Position numbers and translations under genes: made by a program
DNA from: Pseudogymnoascus verrucosus
Lineage: Eukaryota
Direction: 5' to 3' (one strand)
Assembly (NCBI GenBank): GCA_001662655.1
Contig: KV460232.1
Length of the DNA stretch: 20,000 nucleotides
Part shown: positions 11,927 to 20,000 of the stretch, piece by piece
Layout of the letters: each line of letters opens with the position of its first letter
Numbering within the stretch: position 1 is the first letter of the stretch
The notes under the pieces: model-generated
What the model saw: the letters and a program-made list of their open reading frames with translations, nothing else
Told to the model about the DNA's origin: nothing
The model's database searches: none

Positions 11927-13739
11927 ATGGCCGACTCAAAGGAAACCTACGAAGCTGCCACCGACGCGAAGGTCGCCGACGCCACACCCACCTACGAAGA
12001 GCACGCTGTCGTCGACAATGACGGCCTTGGCGCGCTGCCCGGGGATCGCCCAGCAGGATGGATGTACCGCGAGCGCAAGATTGGCCCGGTCGTCGTGACG
12101 TGGTACGCGTCGCCGATGTTCCAGCTCTTGATGGTCTCGTTCGTCTGCTTCACGTGCCCTGGTATGTTCAACGCATTGACGGGTCTGGGAGGTGGTGGAC
12201 GCGACGATCATGAATTGGCTTCGAATATGGTAATTCTTCCACTTTTCCTACTCGCGTCATGGTAGTAGCAATTGCTAGAGATCCCCCCGTGGGTGCGGGG
12301 GATTGCAGGGGATATGCGACAAGGGAGGATGGGAGATGCGAAATAAATAAATCACTTTACTTTACTATACCTATACTAACCACGTGCGCAGAACGTTGCT
12401 CTCTACAGTACCTTCGCCGTCGTGGGTTTCTTCGCCGGCTCCTTCGTCAACCGTCTCGGCATCAAGGCCACCCTCTCCTTCGGCGGCATCGGCTACTGCA
12501 TCTACGCCGTCGCGCTCCTCGCCTCTCTCCACGCCGGACCCAAGATCAACGGGTTCTGCTACTTCGCGGGCGCGCTCCTCGGTGTCTGCGCCGGCCTCCT
12601 CTGGACCGCCCAGGGCACAATCATGATGTCGTACCCCCTCGAGTCCGAGAAGGGCCGCGCCTTCGCCTGGTTCTGGACCATCTTCAACCTCGGCGGCGTC
12701 GTCGGGTCGCTCATCCCCCTCGGCCTCAACGTCAACAACCCCCACGGCGTCGGCGTCCAGGACGGAACCTACATCGCCTTCATCGTGCTGATGTTCTGCG
12801 GTGCCGTCCTCGCCCTCTTCCTCTGCAACGCCAACAATGTCATCCGCTCCGACGGCTCCAAGGTCGTGCTGATGAAGAACCCCTCGTGGAGCTCCGAGTT
12901 CGTCGGCCTCTACAAGACCATCATCTCAGACCCGTACATCCTCCTCCTCTTCCCCATGTTCTGGTCCTCGAACTGGTTCACCACCTACCAGACCAACTCC
13001 GTCAACGGCGCCTTCTTCAACATCCGCACACGCTCCCTCAATTCCCTGCTCTATTGGTTCTCCCAGATGATCGGCGCTATCGTCTTCGGTAACTGCCTCG
13101 ACATCGAGCGCTTCCAGCGCACGACTCGCGCGAAGGCTTCGCTTGTTGTGCTCTTCGCTCTTACTTTCGCTATTTGGGGAGGCGGGTACAAGTGGCAGAC
13201 TGGATTCACTCGTGAGAACCTCCCGGCTACGGGTGACTGGACCGATAAGGGATACCTCGGCCCTATGTTCTTGTACATGTTCTACGGCTTCTACGATGCC
13301 GCTTGGCAATGCTGCGTTTACTGGTACGTCCTCCTAATTCCCATCTCCCCCTACTCCCTCTTTCCCCTCCCCCTTCCCCCACCATCCACCCACCCACCCG
13401 CACCACCGCAAAACAACCCACAAGCTAACCCCCACCCCCAGGTACATGGGCGCCCTCACCAACAACGGCCGCAAGATGGCCAACTACGTCGGTTTCTACA
13501 AGGGCATCCAATCTGCCGGCGCCGCGGTAATGTGGTCCCTCGACGCGCACAACATGTCCTTCATGGACGAGCTGATCTCCAACTGGGTCCTCCTCGCCGG
13601 GTCGCTGCTCGTCGCTGCGCCGGTTATCTTTATGAGGATTACGGATCATGTGACGGTGGAGGAGGACCTGAAGTTTAGCGATGGGACGTTGGCGGATGTG
13701 TTGCCGGAGGGGCATGCGGAGAAGAGTGTTGGTGCTTAG
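11927..13739 (+). CDS. UNC-93-like (DUF895) MFS membrane transporter, ~510 aa; exons 11927..12229, 12392..13323, 13442..13739
   Basis: Family-typical motifs VCFTCPGMFNALTGLGGGG, ALYSTFAVVGFFAG, LLWTAQGTIMMSYP, FNLGGVVG, FNIRTRSLN, GFYKGIQSAGAA. Introns 12230..12391 and 13324..13441 with CTAAC branch sites restore one frame. Confidence 0.9.
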
Positions 13740-14099
13740 ATGGGGAGGGTTGTTGTTAGGGAGTAATTTTTTAAGAGGGGGGGAGGTGGTGGTGGTTTAA
13801 TTTGTGGGGTGGGTATATCCAGGGGGGTTGTTAGGTAGCGGGTGGCATATTGATGTGTTTACTCACTCATGAGTGGTGCTGGTTGTGATTAGAGTGTGTT
13901 TGCATGCTTTCTCCCCTTGTGAATGTTCGCTATGTTAGATACACGTCTTTTTAACGATGTCGACTCTACTTTACCGACGCGCCACAGAAAGTCTAAACGG
14001 CCCCAGGACAGCCTACAGTTACTAGGCCCACGTATATGTTGGAAGGCTGACCTAAAGTAAGAACTAGGCTCTAGCCTAGATAGTTGGAGTCGTACACGA

Positions 14100-14333
14100 T
14101 ACGGAAATTGCGGTGCAATCGCTGACTACTGCGGCGCTGGGAACTGCTATTCTGGCGCTTGCGACACTGATATTGGCGGACCAAGCATTAATGGAGAATG
14201 TGGGCCTTTGTTCGCTGGAAACAAAACATGCACCGGTACCCAATTTGGTACATGTTGCAGCAACGATGGATACTGTGGAAGCACTGTGGACTATTGCGGA
14301 TCTAAGAGCTGCTACTCGGGTGCCTGCACGTAG
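14100..14333 (+). pseudogene. 5'-truncated chitin-binding (hevein/CBM18) repeat fragment, 77 codons
   Basis: A frame absent from the ORF track reads YGNCGAIADYCGAGNCYSGACDTDIGGPSINGECGPLFAGNKTCTGTQFGTCCSNDGYCGSTVDYCGSKSCYSGACT*, i.e. 1.5 hevein domains (CCSxxGYCG). No in-frame ATG between an upstream TAA at 14058 and the domain. Confidence 0.8.
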
Positions 14334-14685
14334 TATGTCTCATAAAATTGAGCTTCACTAGCTTCAAAGGTGATCCGTTTGGATTACGTTTTACAAAACT
14401 CTAGTTGGAATCATATGGCTAGAGTGGGTGTTGGGAGTCTATTGATAAGTGACGTAGATGGCAATTAGACAGCAATATCATTAATAGAGACATGGAATAG
14501 TTTCTGAATGCCATCTCATTTATCCCGTAAGCTACGGCCCCCCTATCCAGTCTCTGGGTTTTCACGCATCACAGAGTAGCCATCTAGCCCTGCTCTGAAT
14601 ACTGATTTCTGTCTCGGTATATCAATCGTGTCATAACCGTCGGTCTATTTTGCAAACTAGGCCTCTAACAGAGCAGACAGCTAAC

Positions 14686-16177
14686 CTACCATTTCATATG
14701 AAGCTGATACATGTAAGACCCGTCCTCCGTATCCGCCTCTTTAAACTTCTCAATTCCACCTACCACACCCTCTTCATCTACTTCCCATAATCCAGCTTCC
14801 ACAATGGCCTGCCATTGACCCAAAACATCTGCTAACTGCGGCTCATGCAATGGGATAAAATGATTATACCCCGTTTGGTATAATTCATTCCTCCGGCCGC
14901 TAGGCCTTACCTTCGCGCTCTCAAGATTTTCGCCGATAAGTGTGTCGTCCGTACGCCGCGCAAAGCCGCGGGCGCCAATATTGAATGGCAGGATGAGTCT
15001 GCAGCCGTCTTCAAAGACGTGGTCGCCATCTCTGTTGACATAGGTTGTCCACAGGCCGTACGGTAGATTGGAGAGATCTTGCAAAGGGTAGTGCTCAAAA
15101 ATAGGCGAAGTTGACTTGGTGCCTGTGACAAACAAAGGGATTGGGAGAACGGGGTTTGGAAATAATTGAGGAATGTCAACATTCTGTAGTGGGAGTGGCG
15201 AGAAGTCGGGTTCTGTAGGAAGGCGCAGACCTGGCGCTATGTATTTTATATTTGCTTTTGGTCGCCGAACCGATGTGAGGAACTCTCGGACGAAGCCCTG
15301 TTTTAATCCAGCCCTGTCCAAGACTTCCTTGGAGATAAGGCCCATTTCATTTTGGGAGCGTGGCGCATCGAATTTGGCAGTCGCAAGAGCGACAAGCTTT
15401 GCTTGGTCTTCTAGGTTGTCCTTCGGTTGAAGTGACGGGTTTTCGACCAAACTCTCAATCTTGAGAATCAAATTATCAAAATAACTGACAGCAGCTTCGA
15501 GATCCATTTGGCTGTATGGCTGAAGCTCCCATGGGTCGGCTTCTCCTGGTCCTCTAACGGGCGAGGGCCTCGCAACGATCTTTCCAGAGTCAATCATACC
15601 TAGCCAAGCAGTAAAAACGACCTCGAGAGGGTCCCAAACTGTTCGACCATTGTTTGTAATAGAATAGTTTGAGACATCGGCGTGAAAAATTGCCCGGGAC
15701 ATCTCTTGGTCGAAGCTAAATGGGTATTGGCTCAGCCATCATTCGAACAAATCTATGAGATATTTACTTCAAGCCATCTGGGTCACTACCCATATTCGGA
15801 TCGGCTAGCGGGTACAGACACATTGTCCCTTCATCCTCATGACAAGTTTCAAACAGATTTTCTGGGCAAGAAATGCCACGGACATAGTAGAAGAAGCTCT
15901 GGTTAGGAGCCTCTTCAAATGCTGCTTGAAGAAATTGCTTTAGAGTTGGTGACAGGCGAGCTGACCATTCCGCCTCGAGGGCTGGATCCGTGATATGTGT
16001 TTGCCACCAGGTTTCCCTGGGCATCTCCGTCTCTGGTTTGCCTCCTGCAGCCCACCCAAGCCTCAGAATTAGATTATGGAGAGCAGCGCACCGCTCCCAG
16101 TCCATGCCATTCACTTCACGGACTGGGGTTTCCGCCGTGACTCTCCACGTGGATTCATCGTCGATAGAGAAAACCAT
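14686..16177 (-). CDS. Fungal hypothetical protein, ~479 aa; exons 16177..15768 and 15715..14686
   Basis: Two long ORFs joined in frame by intron 15767..15716 (GTAAAT, GCTGAG branch-like, TAG), giving SDPDGLNFDQEMSRAIF. Globular, non-repetitive composition; function not recognised. Confidence 0.8.
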
Positions 16178-16697
16178 GACGGAATCCTTAGGGGTTAGGG
16201 TTCAAATATCGGAGTGGTGATGGTAACACGAAAACCATTGTTGTGTGCACTGAATTCGGCCCTCGGCCACTCGGCGGAGTTGTTGATCCGGCACCAACCC
16301 TGACACAATTCCCCCCACGTCAAAGAGGAGGCTGATTGATCCCGAATCTCCGATAAATAATAAATCACGAAAGTGAAGTTACTCGTGAACGCACGACACG
16401 ACATACACCAAAGCCCTTACTCGTCATCCCAGCTCTGCATCTTCCTCGGCGACTCCCAGCTTGACGATATTGAAGCGCGATTGCTCCGACAGCCCCGCGA
16501 AGATAGCACACGAAGCTACCCCTCCTTCGAACTTCACCCCGTTGAGCTTTTTGTACGGCATAGTAGAGCTCATTCTGGATTTGCATGGCCGCAATTAGTA
16601 TTTGCCCCTTTTTATTATCTCTTCGCCGGTTAGTAGTCTTCGGTACTTATTATGAAGCTGATGCATCGATCGTGTTTTGATTATCTTGAAATCAATG

Positions 16698-16770
16698 ATC
16701 CTCCACCCAATTATCCTCCACCCAATTATCCTCCACCTAATTATCCTCACCCAATTATCCTCACTTAATA
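16698..16770. repeat. Tandem repeat ATCCTCCACCCAATT (14-15 bp), ~5 copies
   Basis: Directly visible ~130 bp beyond the captain stop codon. Confidence 0.85.
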
Positions 16771-16902
16771 ATGATCCCTAATCCTCTATCGTTATCAGCA
16801 AATTACGCCTCACAACATCATCTGCCACACTTGGCAACCACAACCACAATTTAAGCCACAGTTTGAATTGCAATTTGAGGACAGTAGTTTATATTTTTCA
16901 TC

Positions 16903-19564
16903 TTATGACATATGATTCTCGTCCTCATTCTTTACCTTCTTGCTCACATAGTTTAAAGCCTCGCCCTTCGTGTCTTGCGCCTTTCGCTCATCATCTTCGC
17001 TCTTTCTTTTCCTAGACACATAGTTTGAACGTGGTTCCTTAATACAATGCACGTCTTCAAAATGAGCTTTAAAATCTAAAAGAGACTTAAGATGCGCGTG
17101 GCACATAGGGTGCGGACATTCCGATTCTGCATAAGTAGTAAGGTGCGTGTTAATATGATTGAGTAGCGTGGACTTCGTCATCCATTACGGCATCCTCTAG
17201 GATGGCAAGAGGTCCTCATTACCTAGGCAGAAAGGACAGTAGCCTGCTACTACTAGTGTGTATCGAAAGGATAGAAGCCCGCATCTTAATTCTAGTTTTT
17301 CAAGATGAGATTTGCAATGGTTGTCCCATCCATCTTCGCTACAATTCCACTCGTAGCATGCATAGCAATATTCCGTAAATGGCAGTTTGCAGTTGCGAAG
17401 CTAGCGAGAGTATAAACTAGGCTGTTAGCTTAGCGTATCTTATAGCTCATGTTAGCGATAGGCATAGATGTGTTTTAATTGCATTGCAATAGGCAATCTA
17501 GATTAATTAGCGTTAAAATGCTCTTTGCAAATTCTATTCTTACTTAATCATAGCTATGAAACAGCCCTCGTGAGGACACATTCTACTAACGGGATGTTCG
17601 TTTAGCTGGTATGCCACCTAGTTATCATTAACGCATAGGCTATAGATGTCTTGTAAGGCCGCTTAACTTTAGTTAGTTTCAGTGAGTATTGCATTCGTAA
17701 TACGATCGCATGTAGGCATGAATTAACGAGTTAATTGAAAGATGCCTAGCTGTTGTAATTTTGCTAGAATGATTTTATCCTCATCTTCTAGTAGTTACAC
17801 TTGCTGTAAAGCCTCCTCATTATAGCTTATAGAAAACCATTCCTCTCTATAGGACTTTTTAGCCGATTAGAGGAGGCTTCCATTCATACTGTATAATTTC
17901 TACTACTCTTTAAACCTAGCTAGGTGTTTAGTAGGCTTATTATCTATGTCTCTCGTAGCCTATGCTATAAGCATGTTTAAGTGTTAAACATTAGGTCTTT
18001 AAAAGAACTTAGCCTTCTCTTTTGCTAGAAGGTCATTAGGAGCATTGCTATCACGTCGATAATCTATACTTTGCAACGTCTCGATGTTATCAGTAGGCGC
18101 ATTAACGCTACTGTACATTAAGAATCTATATCCCTTAGCAATCTTTAACTCGTAGGACTTGTTGTATATTCCTGTGTTTGCGTGATCTAAGAAACGTCTA
18201 TGCACTTCTAGGTCTTAGAAGAATTAGAGGGAACTCTTCTAAAACAGGATTAGACTTACCTTTAATCTTATTTGCAACACTAGCACGAATGGCATATATC
18301 TTTAGAGGATCTCTATAGCTAATTTCATAGCTGAGATGCACTACCTAGTTCTATAGTGTAGCGTAAGTAAGTGCTCTAATTTTGTCTACGCCCTTTAGAG
18401 ATGCCATCTGTAGTATAGGAAGTTCGTAGGCCTCCTCTTTCCATTTAAGTTCCTATGAATCTCTACCTTCTAGCAGACGAGCCTTCATAAGGGCATCTAA
18501 TGTATCATACTATTTTACAGCATTGTTAGCAATAGCGAGGGCAAAAAAGAACATTAACCCGTTGTACATTAAGCGATGCTTGGACTTAAGAATAATATAA
18601 AGGCTGTTATCTATTAGCTTTTATTCTAGATATATTAATAGACTTTGCGTACTTTTCGTTCTCATCACTACGTTTCCCTTTTATATACCTTTGAATTATT
18701 TCAAGTTTAAAAGTAAACTCGCTACTAGGTAGCCGTAATAGATGAATATGGCAGTCCTAGTTAGTTAATTAGGCAGCATTATATGCAAGGATTTTGTGTA
18801 CCTTATATGCAAGCGCCTAATTCGTTCCTCTATAGGAGCTTAATTCTATAATGGCACTAGCTCTAGCCCCACAGCTAGCAAATAATATGAGCATAAACGA
18901 CAGCTAGACTCTATAGCGTTCATAGAGGTATTCATAATCGTGAAAGCACTAGAGATGTGTTATCAATCTTGTTAGATCTTTAAAAGTCACTAAGTATTTG
19001 TCCCGTTTCTTCATGCTTAAATCAAGTTTCTGCCGTAAAGAAACTCCAATAAACTGTTGCGTATGTTAAGTGAAGTTTTACTAAGTAGAGGGAGCTTTGG
19101 GATCTTACAGCAGCGACATCATTAACTAGTTGCCAGTCTAACTTAGAACTCGTAATGCAATTTTGATAGCCTACAAATCTATACTAGACAGTAGCTATAC
19201 TGTGGACTATTAGAAGCTCACCAATGCGTCCATAGTATAATGAGGCGTAATATTCAATAAAGTCTTTCAATATAACGGGTTCAAGTTGTAGCGATGCATC
19301 CATTTTTAGCCCTTTTACAGCAAGGAACCTAATATCTTTATAAACCTAAATATCTTTATGAAACAACCTCTTAGAGTTAGGAGCTTATACGTACTCGTGC
19401 CAAATCTCTCCTACATGCTCGTGTAAATCTTTGGCGGCGCTAGCGAGAAGGGATTGCTCAGTCTAGCTCAATTAGTTTTGTCGATCAAGTGTACTCTGCG
19501 CAGAATAGCCTCGACTCTGTGCTAGAGCAAGCTGATCTTCAGAAGTAAGGGTTTTCCGTCCCAT
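16903..19564 (-). pseudogene. RIP-inactivated DUF3435 tyrosine recombinase (Starship captain) with C-terminal Cys/His zinc-binding region
   Basis: Manual spliced translation with introns 19394..19329, 19108..19054, 18801..18757, 18652..18604, 18259..18214 and probably another near 17543..17440. It gives LKDFIEYYA..GRI, LFASCGARASAIIE (catalytic R, ~18865), IYAIR (HxxR position, 18296..18285), RRFLDHANTGIYNKSY (H 18184, Y 18154) and C-terminal EYCYACYEW..HCKSHL..GYCPFCLG..CPHPMC. Many in-frame TAG/TAA codons fall at expected Gln/Trp positions. Confidence 0.85.
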
Positions 19565-19665
19565 TGTAGCAGATATTGAAAAATTATAAAAAGTTGCAGA
19601 CAGAGGACCTTGAAATGTGAAGGCGGGAGACTGGCCCTTTATACCATTTTCTGGGCTCAACTATA

Positions 19666-19756
19666 CTCACCTTCCTCACCTATCTAGCTCACCCTACTCA
19701 CCTTGCTCACCCTGCTCACCTTGCTCACCATGCTCACCAACTCACCTAGCTCACCT
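19666..19756. repeat. ~9-bp tandem repeat CTCACCNNN, 10 copies of CTCACC
   Basis: ctcaccttg/ctcaccctg/ctcaccatg units between the captain ATG and the 5S junction. Confidence 0.85.
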
Positions 19757-19808
19757 GCGTGCATCCAATGTCGCGGTGCAACGCGTTGTCAAAAACTGAC
19801 CCACTTTC

Positions 19809-19835
19809 GGGTGGTCGAGGTGGTCGGGGTGGTCG
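19809..19835. repeat. 9-bp tandem repeat RGGTGGTCG x3
   Basis: gggtggtcg aggtggtcg gggtggtcg seen directly. Confidence 0.75.
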
Positions 19836-19916
19836 CGATCACAAAATAAGGGGCAAGGGCGGCGAGGCTCACCCACTAGGCCGGATGGCACCGATTTAAG
19901 TATTATCTAGATATTT

Positions 19917-19979
19917 GCTTGAGATCGGTGGATTAGTAGTTGGGTGGGTGACCACCAGCGAATACCCACTGTTGTATGT
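19917..19979 (+). rRNA. 3' half (~63 nt) of a 5S rRNA gene; 5' ~55 nt missing
   Basis: GCTTGAGATCGGTGGATTAGTAGTTGGGTGGGTGACCACCAGCGAATACCCACTGTTGTATGT matches the ascomycete 5S 3' half (loop E TTAGTA/GAA, helix GTTGGGTGG-GTGA-CCACCAGC, end TGTTGTATGT). Upstream bases lack ACATACGACCATA and CCCGTCCGCTC. Confidence 0.92.
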
Positions 19980-19997
19980 TTTTTGCCATTTTTTTTT
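19979..19997 (+). terminator. RNA polymerase III poly-T terminator of the 5S gene
   Basis: T6 run at 19979..19984 and T9 run at 19989..19997 immediately after the 5S end. Confidence 0.8.
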
Positions 19998-20000
19998 GAT

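Larger units (their letters stand above)
16698..19916 (-). mobile_element. Derelict Starship-type element: captain end abutting a split 5S rRNA gene; distal boundary undetermined (could extend to ~14100 or beyond)
   Basis: The DUF3435 gene is the first gene, pointing inward, ~350 bp from a junction with a half 5S rDNA. This geometry is established for 5S-targeting Starships. The start coordinate is only a minimum extent. Confidence 0.7.

Noticed and set aside
1..13739. Left-hand genes as Starship cargo or a functional gene cluster
   Set aside because: They look like conserved housekeeping genes with host-like composition and no shared pathway; nothing in the sequence links them to the element.
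14113..14361. 82-aa ORF with signal-peptide-like start
   Set aside because: Shadow of the Cys-rich hevein frame, which has the recognisable motif.
16188..16202. TTAGGGGTTAGGGTT telomere-like motif
   Set aside because: Only two imperfect units in a 5' UTR; insufficient for a telomere relic or telomerase RNA call.
16624..16652. GCCGGTTAGTAGT and GGTACTTA, faintly 5S-like, as the possible distal junction
   Set aside because: Matches are too short and in the wrong order for a 5S 5' half; likely chance, though worth a look in alignments.
19666..19756. Repeat array as CRISPR, or as the SPCSPC coding ORF 19617..19799
   Set aside because: No unique spacers, eukaryotic context; the peptide is just the translated minisatellite.

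Overview
Fungal (filamentous ascomycete; style suggests a Leotiomycete such as Pseudogymnoascus, inference only) nuclear DNA with spliceosomal introns. The left ~13.8 kb holds ordinary genes: the 3' end of a DLD2-like FAD oxidase, an NPY1-like NADH pyrophosphatase, a PQ-loop transporter, a Zn2Cys6 transcription factor, a ~4 kb low-complexity spacer and an UNC-93-like MFS transporter. The right ~6 kb looks accessory. It contains a 5'-truncated chitin-binding (CBM18/hevein) fragment, an intact hypothetical gene, and a RIP-mutated, multi-intron DUF3435 tyrosine recombinase ('captain') pseudogene on the minus strand that the ORF track almost entirely misses. About 350 bp upstream of the captain start lies only the 3' half of a 5S rRNA gene. 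Together these match the captain end of a derelict Starship transposon inserted into 5S rDNA. The other half of the 5S gene and the far end of the element were not found in the window.
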